Virus record (IMG/VR): IMGVR_UViG_3300030497_000015
DNA length: 64,000 nt
DNA from: a virus
Direction: 5' to 3' (one strand)
In this document: positions 46,302 through 54,952 of the stretch, one piece after another
Numbering within the stretch: the stretch's first letter is position 1
How the letters are laid out: each line of letters opens with the position of its first letter
Program-made: the position numbers and the translations under genes
The notes under the pieces: model-generated
Databases searched by the model: none
Seen by the model: only the letters and a program-made list of their open reading frames with translations
Told to the model about the DNA's origin: nothing

Positions 46302-46974
46302 TTGCTAACGCCTCCTCGACTTCGATGTCACTTGCTTTCTTGCGTTCTGTGAAGTTACCTTCCTTGTCGACTGATTGAACGAATGCTCCTTTAGGGATAA
46401 AGCTTAAAGGACGATCGGGCATGTCGATAACTGTATTTTGATATTCGAATCGACGAATCCCCTTCGATTCTAGTTTTTCGAATGCTTTCTTTAGGATTTC
46501 GATAGTCATTGATACATCGCTCATCGCTTGATGATGTCCTTCGTATTTGATACCTAGTCGCTCCACGACATGTTTCAAAGATGCGGACTCTGTCGGCTCT
46601 GCTAGTTTCATCATTGCACGAGTGCATAAGAAGAAGTCGGGACGTACTCCGAATTTATCTAGGAAAGATAAGTCGAACGGTGCATTCTGTACGACGACCG
46701 TAGTTCCTTTCGAGAATAATCCGAACATGATTGCGACGAATTGCTCGGGATAAGCTCCGAATAAGTCGTCCTCTGTGATGCCGGTTAGATTAACGATGAA
46801 CTCCGAAAGCTCCTGCCCTTCGTTTAAAGCTGCTCGCATATTTAATCGGCCGAACTCCTTTTCTAAGTCCGTTTGAATCGCTGCGAGCTCGATGATCTGG
46901 CAACCGTTCGGGTCTAGCCCTGTTGTTTCGATATCTAAAATTGTGAATAATTCCTTCGCTGCTTTCTGTTTCAT
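46285..46974 (-). CDS. DnaQ-like DEDDh 3'-5' exonuclease
   Basis: LDIETTG, QNAPFDLSF, HQAMSD. Confidence 0.9.
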   Translation of the reverse strand: MKQKAAKELFTILDIETTGLDPNGCQIIELAAIQTDLEKEFGRLNMRAALNEGQELSEFIVNLTGITEDDLFGAYPEQFVAIMFGLFSKGTTVVVQNAPFDLSFLDKFGVRPDFFLCTRAMMKLAEPTESASLKHVVERLGIKYEGHHQAMSDVSMTIEILKKAFEKLESKGIRRFEYQNTVIDMPDRPLSFIPKGAFVQSVDKEGNFTERKKASDIEVEEALANEQAN

Positions 46975-47186
46975 TATCTTTCTTCCTCCCATTTTTGCTT
47001 TTTGTAGTTATATATTTGAATAGGACTGATTGCCTCTACGTTGTTGATCTCTGCGACTCCGACATTACTTAAAACGAAGTGATTATTTCGTGCGGATAGC
47101 TTCGCCTTTCCGATGCTGTCGAATGGAATTGACCATATTAACTCGCCTGAATGTATGTCGACGATTCCGAACTTACGGTTACTCAT
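46974..47186 (-). CDS. Small protein, paralog 3 of tandem trio
   Basis: GIVDIHSGE...IGKAKLSA...KWEE. Confidence 0.65.
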   Translation of the reverse strand: MSNRKFGIVDIHSGELIWSIPFDSIGKAKLSARNNHFVLSNVGVAEINNVEAISPIQIYNYKKQKWEEER

Positions 47187-47461
47187 TTTACTTCCCGCCA
47201 TTTCTCCGATTCTTTGTCGAGATGATGCTCTACTCCTGTCGGAATGATTTTGACTTCGGCTACTACATAGCGATTGTCGGAATGATATCTGTTTTTCTCC
47301 CGAGCTGCTCGCTTTGCTCCTCCTCTATTTACGTAGACATCTCCGTGATATCTGACTTCGACTGCTCCTGTCTGAGTATTCTTAATCGCAAAGCCTTCGA
47401 GTATCTTCTCGCTTTCTGCGATGTGTTCGCCTGTCTGCGAATTTATTAACATATGACTCAT
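47183..47461 (-). CDS. Small protein, paralog 2 of tandem trio
   Basis: NTQTG...RGGAKRAA...AEV...KWRE. Confidence 0.65.
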   Translation of the reverse strand: MSHMLINSQTGEHIAESEKILEGFAIKNTQTGAVEVRYHGDVYVNRGGAKRAAREKNRYHSDNRYVVAEVKIIPTGVEHHLDKESEKWREVK

Positions 47462-47670
47462 CGAACGTCCTCCCATTTTTTCTTGTCCTTGTTGTATCTC
47501 GATATAGGTCCGACGATCACTGACTTAATCTCGGCGGCTCCGAACTTTTCGGGGTTTATTCGCTGCTTTGCTGATAACTTCGCATGACCGATATTATCGA
47601 AAGTCTTATCTCCTGCGATCTCTCCCGTTTCGATATTTACTACTGAATATTTACGCTTCGATGTGCTCAA
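47458..47670 (-). CDS. Small protein, paralog 1 of tandem trio (TTG start)
   Basis: SVVNIETGE...IGHAKLSA...KWED; GAGGAGG RBS. Confidence 0.65.
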   Translation of the reverse strand: MSTSKRKYSVVNIETGEIAGDKTFDNIGHAKLSAKQRINPEKFGAAEIKSVIVGPISRYNKDKKKWEDVR

Positions 47671-48760
47671 GCCAATAAGCCTCCTCTCCGTATTTGAACT
47701 CATAAGGACGGCAGTTCTCGAAGTCCCATTCGCTCGGGTCGTATTCACTCATCCACTGAGTCTCGATAACTGTATCGGACTTTAGGGGGAGTGATAATTC
47801 GACCGTGTTAATCATGCAGTCCGTTATTAACTCGCATACTTCAAGTGAAAGTTCCTTCACGGGAAGCGATGCTTTTACTTCATCGTGGATAGATGCGTTT
47901 AGCTCCCATCCTCGAGACTGACATTCCTGTCGAAGCCTATTCATATTCATTTTGAGAATATCGGCTCCCGTTCCTTGAATAACTGCGTTAAAGGCCGCCC
48001 GTTCCCAATAGCCGACGAGTCCCCTTTCTTCTGCAAGAGGCTCGATCGCTTCGTTGAGAGCTTTGATATCTTCTAGGTCTTTCGCAGTTTTTGCGATCTT
48101 ACGGTTTAACTTCGCTCTATCTTGATAAAGCATCGTAAGCCTTCGCTCGTTTCGTTTGACTCGAGCTGCTACTACGTTATAATCTGGGAACCTTCTCTTT
48201 CTTCCGAAGAGTGTCTCGACATATCCGTTTTTCTTCATAAAGTCTCGAATATCACGAACCATCGTTATGAACGAAGGAAACGCATCATCGAACTTCTGAT
48301 AAAACATGATTGCGACTTCTTCCGATACTCCCATATTCCGAGCGAAGGATTTCATCTGCTGATCGTATGATTTCGCAAGAACTCCCGTTTTCATCATTGC
48401 TCGGGGCTTGAATCGTCCCGTCGGGTCGTATGCCTTATCTACGCAATACTTTTCCTCGAGGCCGAATACGAGCATCGCCATCGTTGTATATAAGTCCTTT
48501 CCGTCGATGAATATTTGTCGAAGTGAGTTGTCGCCATATTGCGTAAACATTATATGCCCCATAATACGAGGCTCGATTTGACTCAAGTCGGCAGCTCCGA
48601 AAACCCATCCTTTCTTAGGTTTAAAAGCATTTCGTACTCGGGTCCCGTCTCCTCTTGACGGTAGGTTTTGAAGGTTTGAACCTTTCGATATTTCCTTCGT
48701 GTTCGTCGAGATTAACTTCTTGACGATGTCGTGATAATTCTTATCCGTGACGTTTAGCAT
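47651..48760 (-). CDS. polA: DNA polymerase family A, C-terminal half
   Basis: NLQNLP, ADLSQIEPR (motif A), YVETLFGRKR, IQGTGADILK, IHDE (motif C); own RBS and ATG. Confidence 0.95.
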   Translation of the reverse strand: MLNVTDKNYHDIVKKLISTNTKEISKGSNLQNLPSRGDGTRVRNAFKPKKGWVFGAADLSQIEPRIMGHIMFTQYGDNSLRQIFIDGKDLYTTMAMLVFGLEEKYCVDKAYDPTGRFKPRAMMKTGVLAKSYDQQMKSFARNMGVSEEVAIMFYQKFDDAFPSFITMVRDIRDFMKKNGYVETLFGRKRRFPDYNVVAARVKRNERRLTMLYQDRAKLNRKIAKTAKDLEDIKALNEAIEPLAEERGLVGYWERAAFNAVIQGTGADILKMNMNRLRQECQSRGWELNASIHDEVKASLPVKELSLEVCELITDCMINTVELSLPLKSDTVIETQWMSEYDPSEWDFENCRPYEFKYGEEAYWLEHIEA

Positions 48761-49272
48761 GTCGCTTCCCTCCTCTCTGGGGAGTTCTGATAGTGAATAC
48801 CTCGATAAGCTGCGGCGGCTGCACCTGCCTCCTCGGGAGTTTTGAAAGAGCCGATATATTTACACTTTCCACCTACCCTTGCCGTAGCTCTGTAAGTTCC
48901 TTTAGCTTTTTGGTAAGAGACTCCCTTATATCCCGTTTTATTGTTCGCATTTGCTTTATGTCTGTTTTGTAGGTTTTCCGATTGCGTTACTACCTTGAGA
49001 TTAGACTTACGATTGTCTAACGTATCTCCCGATAAATGATCGACAACGAATCCTTTCGGAGCATCCATGATAACTCGATGTAAATAAGGACGTTCTTTTC
49101 CAACCGTTGCTTTGATATAACTCTTTCTGCTGTTTACTTTTGATATATTCCACGATGTGTACTGAATTTTTGACAGGTCCTCCGTGTCGATTAAGACCTC
49201 GAACTTATCCCCGTTCTTTCGTTCAATAAAAATAACTGTTATTTCTCCTCTGACTTCAAACTTATTTTTCAT
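48754..49272 (-). CDS. HNH homing endonuclease with AP2-like domain
   Basis: LHRVIM, VVDHLSGDTLDNRKSNL, TGYKGVS...YIGSF. Confidence 0.9.
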   Translation of the reverse strand: MKNKFEVRGEITVIFIERKNGDKFEVLIDTEDLSKIQYTSWNISKVNSRKSYIKATVGKERPYLHRVIMDAPKGFVVDHLSGDTLDNRKSNLKVVTQSENLQNRHKANANNKTGYKGVSYQKAKGTYRATARVGGKCKYIGSFKTPEEAGAAAAAYRGIHYQNSPERREATC

Positions 49273-49294
49273 TAAAAAACCTCCCTCGCTTTGT

Positions 49295-49322
49295 TTAGCG
49301 AAGAAGGCTTCTTTTCTGGGAC
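49295..49322 (-). promoter_or_regulatory. Phage-sigma promoter (HNH and polA C-half)
   Basis: GTCCC-17-CGCTAA. Confidence 0.65.
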
Positions 49323-49323
49323 A

Positions 49324-49482
49324 TTAGTTTATTATTTTTTTCTCGGACTTGAGTACGATTCCCGCATGGAAATACTCGACGATCTCTTCTACGATCTGAC
49401 TGCGAGTGAGTCTGCCGTCGAAGTGCTGCTCAAGTTCACCGAGCTTCTTGCCGACTTCGTCCGATACTGTTAGCTTTTTCAT
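49324..49482 (-). CDS. Small RHH-like protein (not in ORF track)
   Basis: MKKLTVSDEVGKKL...TRSQIVEEIVEYF. Confidence 0.55.
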   Translation of the reverse strand: MKKLTVSDEVGKKLGELEQHFDGRLTRSQIVEEIVEYFHAGIVLKSEKKIIN

Positions 49483-49631
49483 GATTTCGCCTGCTCTCTA
49501 TTAAATGTTTTCGTAAGGATGTGACGCTGTGCCTCGAGTCCTGCTAGTACGATTTGATTCTCGGTGACGTCCTCTAATCCATTTTGACGATAGAGCTCTT
49601 TAAGCTCGAATATGAGTCTTTCGTACGTCAT
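49479..49631 (-). CDS. Small hypothetical protein (50 aa, not in ORF track)
   Basis: MTYERLIFELKEL...; coupled on both sides. Confidence 0.55.
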   Translation of the reverse strand: MTYERLIFELKELYRQNGLEDVTENQIVLAGLEAQRHILTKTFNREQAKS

Positions 49632-49632
49632 A

Positions 49633-50523
49633 TTAGTTCGTCCTTTCTAAGATGATTTTCTTAATGATCGGAGCGATTACTCGAGAAACGCATCCTCGAA
49701 GTTCTTTCTCTCCGAACTCTGCTTCCATTAAGTCGGACTCTTCTTCGATAATATCCTGCGTAACTGCCGGCCCCATAACCTTTAAAACTCGACCCATGTC
49801 CTCGAGCTGAATTGTAGGCGGGAACTCTTTAAGAAGGATTTTCTCGACTCGAGCCCGTGTTACCGTCTGTTCTACGAACTGCATAACGACCGACTTATTT
49901 TTCTCTTTCTGCGGCCTTACTCCCATGAACTCGGAGAACTCCTGAGATACGTACTTGACGATCATCTGCGGATTTTTACGATATGCTTTCACGACTACTC
50001 CTTCGCCTCGCTCGCCTAGTTTAGATTTGCCGACGAAAGATTTTATATGCTCCTCGGAGATGTAAGGTCCCGAGTAGAACTTCGGAGCCATCGTAAGCCC
50101 TAGAGTATGAGACTCGAGCATTACGTATAAATACTCGATGAAGCCTCCCCACCCATCGACTGAGTTGTCGTAGATATCGAATAAGTAGAACTTCCCTTCG
50201 TTTTCTCCATAATCGAGCTGGTGTCGAACGAGCCATTCTCCATAATAGATAAGACCTTCCTCGAACTCTTCCACGGGTAGGGATTGCACGAATCCATAAA
50301 AGCCCCTTAGTGTTTCGGACGCATCTAGTTTCCTGTTTCGAGAGTATGCGACTAACTTGTCGCCCTCACGAGTGAAGCTCGCATTCGCTCCGTCTAACTT
50401 CTCGAAAATTACGATGTGATCTCCTTCCTCGAATCTTGTACCCTTCTTCCCGTATCTCGGGACTTTCGGATATTTTCTGATGTGCTCTGTGTTTGTGCTC
50501 TCGATTGTTGTTAATGTTGTCAT
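49633..50523 (-). CDS. ATP-dependent RNA ligase (Rnl2-like)
   Basis: EKLDGAN (I), YYGEW (III), FYLFDI (IIIa), EGVV (IV), VKYVSQEF (V). Confidence 0.85.
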   Translation of the reverse strand: MTTLTTIESTNTEHIRKYPKVPRYGKKGTRFEEGDHIVIFEKLDGANASFTREGDKLVAYSRNRKLDASETLRGFYGFVQSLPVEEFEEGLIYYGEWLVRHQLDYGENEGKFYLFDIYDNSVDGWGGFIEYLYVMLESHTLGLTMAPKFYSGPYISEEHIKSFVGKSKLGERGEGVVVKAYRKNPQMIVKYVSQEFSEFMGVRPQKEKNKSVVMQFVEQTVTRARVEKILLKEFPPTIQLEDMGRVLKVMGPAVTQDIIEEESDLMEAEFGEKELRGCVSRVIAPIIKKIILERTN

Positions 50524-50605
50524 AGTTTTATCGCTCCTCGAATTTAATCGAACTCGCTAGAGTTCCAATTTTTCGAGAGCAACAAAAAAGAGCCCCTCGC
50601 TTGTA

Positions 50606-50633
50606 TTAGCGAAGAGCTCTCGTGCTTTGGGAC
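50606..50633 (-). promoter_or_regulatory. Phage-sigma promoter (RNA ligase)
   Basis: GTCCC-17-CGCTAA. Confidence 0.65.
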
Positions 50634-50642
50634 ATTAGTTTA

Positions 50643-52442
50643 TTAAGCCGTGACTTCGAACTCTTTTAATAGGTCCGTTCTCCGGCCGTTATATCCTTGT
50701 GAAGAATAGCGTCCCGTACTTGTTCCCGTGGAGTTCCATTGACAGTGGAATCGACCGTCTACATCGAGAGCCTCGGGGATTTTACGAACGTAAGTCGAAA
50801 GCAGCTTCTCATATGCTGCGATCGTTGCGAGAGGTTTTAAGCTCTCCTCATCCTCGTAATACATATCGAGAACGGCTGCGGCAGTTGATCGAGTTTTTCC
50901 TCGTTGAACTCTCGGAGTCTTATCTTCGATTTGAAGATAGTCGTATATTAAATATCCGATGTGAGAGTTGTTTGTGAGCTCGAATGCTTCGATCATAAAT
51001 GGAGAATCCTTCTCGTCGAGAGAGATTTCCGATAGCTGCTGCATGTATCTGTTCTTTTGGTCCTGCGTTCCTGTGTATCGCTTGAGATGCGTTTTGTCTT
51101 GATCTTCTAATTCTTTGAGAATTTGCTTTTGCTTTTTGATCTGAGCTTCGAGCTTCTCTTTTTTCGCCTGTTGTTTCTTCTTCCATCCGTGAATCTTTGT
51201 ACCGTTGATCGTCTTAGACATCTGATATAAGAAGTCCTCATCGATCTTGTACGTAGAGAATAACTGCTCTTTCGCATCCAGAAGCTTTTGCTCGAACTCT
51301 TCCTCCATTGCTGAGAGCTCTTTTAGTGAAATATTGAAGCCTGCTCGGGCCATAAATACGTCTGTCTCGGGAAGATGCGAGTCGATCTCGGCATAACATT
51401 CGAGAAGTCGATTCGTCTTTTTCATTGTTTCGAACTGCCATTCGAATAGATACCATCCGTAATAAACGTCCCATATCGCATAGATTCCGACTACCATCGT
51501 GTTAAACGGTGCGGGAGAGCCATTTCCGAAAAGGTCCTCGAAAGTATAGATTTCCTTTTCTCCTACTTCCTCGATATATTTTCCGTATTTCTGCATTAAC
51601 GGCTTGAGTCCGTATCTGTCGAGATGCTCTGTCATGATTTTCATTGCGTCGAGTGTGTCCCATCTCATACCCTTAATCGAATAACCGTCGTTCTCTGAGA
51701 TGTGTAAGTCATAGCGAGCCGAACCCATATGAAAGGTCTTGCCGTGCATTCCTGCTGATAGATAAGGCGAGATTGCTTCGATTACCTTCGATCGTGTGAG
51801 CTGATCGTCTCCCTTTTTGAACGCATATTCCTCGGGGATATGTTCGAAGCCCTCGGCTCCTCTCATGTCGACATGTCCATATGCGAGATAGAATCCTTCC
51901 TTGAGAATCGGAAGCCATATCGAAAAGCCGATCGAAAGGTCCATATAAGAGTCGATGCCTGTTCCCTCGAAGTCTCCTGCTGTCATGGATTGAACTCCTA
52001 GAACCTTGAATCGGTCCTTCCATTCGATCGCTTGAGCATTGACTTCGTCTCGGATTCTCTGGACGACACTCGGGAGCTGCTTATCTCGAGTAATGACGTA
52101 GAAGTTTTCGGGCCTATTTCCGATCACGTCTGCGATTCTTTGCTCTCGGATGATCTCCTCGTTTGCTTTTTTAAGCTGCATCCCCATCGAGAGAACTTCG
52201 CCCTTATTGAGCTTCCCTTCTCCGAGCCTGCCGATCTTTCCCGAGAAATATCCGTCTCTCGCAAGAATAAAGAGTTCGAGCTCCTTGTCGTTGAATTTCA
52301 TTTGCGACACTCTATCGAATGCCTCCTCGATTGTTTCCGAAGCATCCTTCTTCTTTGCCTTTGCTGCTGCCGCAGCTTTTCGCTTGTCCTCGGAATTGTC
52401 CTGTCCGAGTGATAGATTATTGAACGATAATTCTAGTTTCAT
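50643..52442 (-). CDS. polA: DNA polymerase family A, N-terminal half (3'-5' exonuclease and thumb)
   Basis: DFEGTG, ARYD, YAIWD, ends GTSTGRYSS... Confidence 0.9.
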   Translation of the reverse strand: MKLELSFNNLSLGQDNSEDKRKAAAAAKAKKKDASETIEEAFDRVSQMKFNDKELELFILARDGYFSGKIGRLGEGKLNKGEVLSMGMQLKKANEEIIREQRIADVIGNRPENFYVITRDKQLPSVVQRIRDEVNAQAIEWKDRFKVLGVQSMTAGDFEGTGIDSYMDLSIGFSIWLPILKEGFYLAYGHVDMRGAEGFEHIPEEYAFKKGDDQLTRSKVIEAISPYLSAGMHGKTFHMGSARYDLHISENDGYSIKGMRWDTLDAMKIMTEHLDRYGLKPLMQKYGKYIEEVGEKEIYTFEDLFGNGSPAPFNTMVVGIYAIWDVYYGWYLFEWQFETMKKTNRLLECYAEIDSHLPETDVFMARAGFNISLKELSAMEEEFEQKLLDAKEQLFSTYKIDEDFLYQMSKTINGTKIHGWKKKQQAKKEKLEAQIKKQKQILKELEDQDKTHLKRYTGTQDQKNRYMQQLSEISLDEKDSPFMIEAFELTNNSHIGYLIYDYLQIEDKTPRVQRGKTRSTAAAVLDMYYEDEESLKPLATIAAYEKLLSTYVRKIPEALDVDGRFHCQWNSTGTSTGRYSSQGYNGRRTDLLKEFEVTA

Positions 52443-52747
52443 TCGATCGTACCTCCGTCGAAAAGAATAATATAGTCCGACATGAAATTGACTACGATGT
52501 CTCCTCCGATATCCTCGTGAATTGTTCGCAAGATATCGAAGTAAGTCCCCTCGTCATTGCAGAACTCTTCTTCCTCGACGATCATATTCATAATGACGTT
52601 TTCTTCCCCGTTGTCGCCGAAGAATCTTTCCTTTATTACGTTCCAGACTTCCGATTCATCGAGCGATAACTTCTCGGAAATAAAGCGGATTAAGTCGTCC
52701 CCTTTATACGCTCCTATGATCTTAATGTTTTGAGTTTGTATGTTCAT
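52439..52747 (-). CDS. Hypothetical acidic protein
   Basis: 102 aa, GGAGGAG RBS. Confidence 0.65.
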   Translation of the reverse strand: MNIQTQNIKIIGAYKGDDLIRFISEKLSLDESEVWNVIKERFFGDNGEENVIMNMIVEEEEFCNDEGTYFDILRTIHEDIGGDIVVNFMSDYIILFDGGTIE

Positions 52748-52788
52748 GCGATCTCCTCCAATATAAAATAAAAAGCCCTACGCATTTA

Positions 52789-52816
52789 TTAGCGTAAGGC
52801 TTCTTTCGTTTGGGAC
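52789..52816 (-). promoter_or_regulatory. Phage-sigma promoter (polA N-half operon)
   Basis: GTCCC-17-CGCTAA. Confidence 0.65.
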
Positions 52817-52817
52817 A

Positions 52818-52967
52818 TTATTCCCCTTCGTTCATCATTTCCATAGCATCGCTGTATCCCTGCCAGTTATCGACTCCACATGCTTCTAGGCAGTTTAATT
52901 TCTCTCTATCCTCAAGTAAAGATTCGTACTCTTCCCTTGAAATAGTTATCGTTTTTTCCCCGTTCAT
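52818..52967 (-). CDS. Small hypothetical protein
   Basis: TITISREEYESLL...GVDNWQGY. Confidence 0.65.
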   Translation of the reverse strand: MNGEKTITISREEYESLLEDREKLNCLEACGVDNWQGYSDAMEMMNEGE

Positions 52968-53344
52968 TAGAAAACCTCCTTTGTACTCCGAAGTAATATC
53001 CATTTTTCCCCGATGTTCTTAGGAGTCGCCCAATATTCCTTAATCTCTCGATTTTCGAATACATAGACATTCTCTCCGTGAACTCCGATGATATAATCGA
53101 CATCGCTCTTCGGGTAGATTTCTCCCTTTCCGTTTTTGGCTTGAACTACTATCGCATTCCGATCGGGTCTTTCGATTGCCGTCTTTACTTGATAATACTT
53201 CGTTTCTCCTGTTTTCGGATGCCTTGTCGAAAGGTCGTATGTCTCCGCAGCTAGAGGCATAGATACCTCGTACCCTACCGACATTAAGGCAGCCGCAGCG
53301 AGAAGCTCGTTTTGCTTCCCGACTGCGATTGTATGATGTGCGAT
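52967..53344 (-). CDS. PD-(D/E)XK endonuclease; possible ATC start
   Basis: GK..EL...L...GYEVS.P....YDL...YQVKT; N-terminal part has no upstream ATG. Confidence 0.7.
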   Translation of the reverse strand: MAHHTIAVGKQNELLAAAALMSVGYEVSMPLAAETYDLSTRHPKTGETKYYQVKTAIERPDRNAIVVQAKNGKGEIYPKSDVDYIIGVHGENVYVFENREIKEYWATPKNIGEKWILLRSTKEVF

Positions 53345-53345
53345 C

Positions 53346-54089
53346 TTAGAATCCTAAGTTCGGGTCTTTTTCTTCGCTGCTGCCTTCGCCTTCTTCTACT
53401 CCGATTCCGATGCGAGATACATCGAATCCGAATTTCGTAAGGTCCTCGATTTGCTGATCTTCGCTCGCTACTGAAAGAACTTTCTCGAATAGCTCCTCAT
53501 CGAATGAGATGCCTTTCTCGACTGCAAGGTCGAAGTTCTTTTTCGCTTGAGGAGTCATGTCCTCGTCGTCGACGATGATGTCTAGGGAAACCGTAGTTCC
53601 TTGTCCTGAGCCTTCTTTGCCGATAGTGAATGCGAACTTGTCCGCCTTTGTTGCGTTCTTTTTAATCGAAGTGATGATCTGCTTCGCCTGCTTTTTCGTT
53701 AAGTCGATGATATAAGGAACGGGCTCCCCATCATCTAAGCCGATAAAGCCGATTAGGTATCGCTCTTTCGCTTTTAACGAATACGCTTCGTCTTTCTTAG
53801 CTTTGACTTCGTCCTCGGAAGCTCCTGCTTTTTCCATTGCTTCGGCTTCTTTGTAAAGGACATCGACTGCCTTGTCGTATAAGTCGGGAACTCCTGCTGC
53901 TTTCGTACATGGTGTCGTATAGAATACTTTGTATACGCTGTGAGCGAAGTACATTACGAAGTTATCGGGAACGATCTTCACCGTGTAGCTTTTGCCACTA
54001 GAGAACGACTTTAATACTTTGGAATAGTCGACCTTTTCTGCTGTTGCTGCGTCTGCTGCTTCTTGACCTTTTTTTGCGATGTAAGACAT
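53346..54089 (-). CDS. Single-stranded DNA-binding protein
   Basis: Acidic tail ending DPNLGF; replication context. Confidence 0.7.
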   Translation of the reverse strand: MSYIAKKGQEAADAATAEKVDYSKVLKSFSSGKSYTVKIVPDNFVMYFAHSVYKVFYTTPCTKAAGVPDLYDKAVDVLYKEAEAMEKAGASEDEVKAKKDEAYSLKAKERYLIGFIGLDDGEPVPYIIDLTKKQAKQIITSIKKNATKADKFAFTIGKEGSGQGTTVSLDIIVDDEDMTPQAKKNFDLAVEKGISFDEELFEKVLSVASEDQQIEDLTKFGFDVSRIGIGVEEGEGSSEEKDPNLGF

Positions 54090-54252
54090 TAAACATCTCT
54101 CCTCATTGTTTGTATTTGACTTTTCAGTCTCATTGCGGGCAAGCCCAATAACGAGACACAATTTAAGGAGAAGTAGCATAAGCAAGGGACGGAGAGCTCC
54201 CACGGGAAGCCATTCGGTCGTACACCGTGATATTTTCCGTCCTTCTATTTGT

Positions 54253-54280
54253 TTAGCGTTTATGTTTTATCTTCTGGGAC
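54253..54280 (-). promoter_or_regulatory. Phage-sigma promoter (SSB)
   Basis: GTCCC-17-CGCTAA. Confidence 0.65.
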
Positions 54281-54409
54281 ATGAGATTTTATTTCTTTTA
54301 CGGCTTCTTGCGTTTCCTCATCGAGCCAATAATCCCCCGCCCAATCTGCCGCAAGCAATACGTCTTGGAGTTTCTTTTTATCGACTGTAATCGTTATTTG
54401 TTCGCTCAT
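54260..54409 (-). CDS. Small hypothetical protein
   Basis: Start MSEQIT. Confidence 0.5.
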   Translation of the reverse strand: MSEQITITVDKKKLQDVLLAADWAGDYWLDEETQEAVKEIKSHVPEDKT

Positions 54410-54951
54410 AGAAAAGCCACGGCTCCTTTCGCTACTTTTGATCGCTTCGCCCTCGACGCATCGTACTCGGCTTCCTTGTAAGTGATAGAACGACGAACCC
54501 ATTCGATCTCAGACTCTTTCACGTTCATTCCTTGAATCGGGGCAAAGTGTTCGAGCATATTTAGCTCGATATTTAGTGCGAGAATCTCTTCTTGTATGCG
54601 AGATTCCTCCTCGTGCAAGCGAACCAGATAGTCGGAAATAATATCCTTGACCTCATTTCGGAGGTCCTCATCGACGTTCTCTCGTTCATATATCGTAATA
54701 ACTACCGCATCCACTCGGTCGACTACGAATGCAACTCTCCGATGAGCGAAGAGACGATCGACTTTCCCCGTCTCCCCGACGATCTCGCTTATAAAAGTAG
54801 ACTGTCGGAGTCTTTCTTGTACGTGAATCCTCGCTTCGTGCCTATTAGTGAATCCGAATATTTTTATCGCTTTGTCGATTGCGTGAGGAGTGACGAATAT
54901 AGACATCCCCTCGAATGCTGCCTTGCTAAGTAGCTCACTCGTATTCGTCAT
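54406..54951 (-). CDS. Hypothetical protein, nuclease-like N-terminus plus coiled coil
   Basis: FVTPHAIDKA...VVITIY. Confidence 0.65.
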   Translation of the reverse strand: MTNTSELLSKAAFEGMSIFVTPHAIDKAIKIFGFTNRHEARIHVQERLRQSTFISEIVGETGKVDRLFAHRRVAFVVDRVDAVVITIYERENVDEDLRNEVKDIISDYLVRLHEEESRIQEEILALNIELNMLEHFAPIQGMNVKESEIEWVRRSITYKEAEYDASRAKRSKVAKGAVAFL

Positions 54952-54952
54952 A

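Noticed and set aside
48761-50642. Group I intron or split intein interrupting polA
   Set aside because: I see no P/Q/R/S core elements, and no Cys/Ser-start or His-Asn-end intein motifs. The C-half has its own RBS and start, and the insert contains promoters and a terminator.
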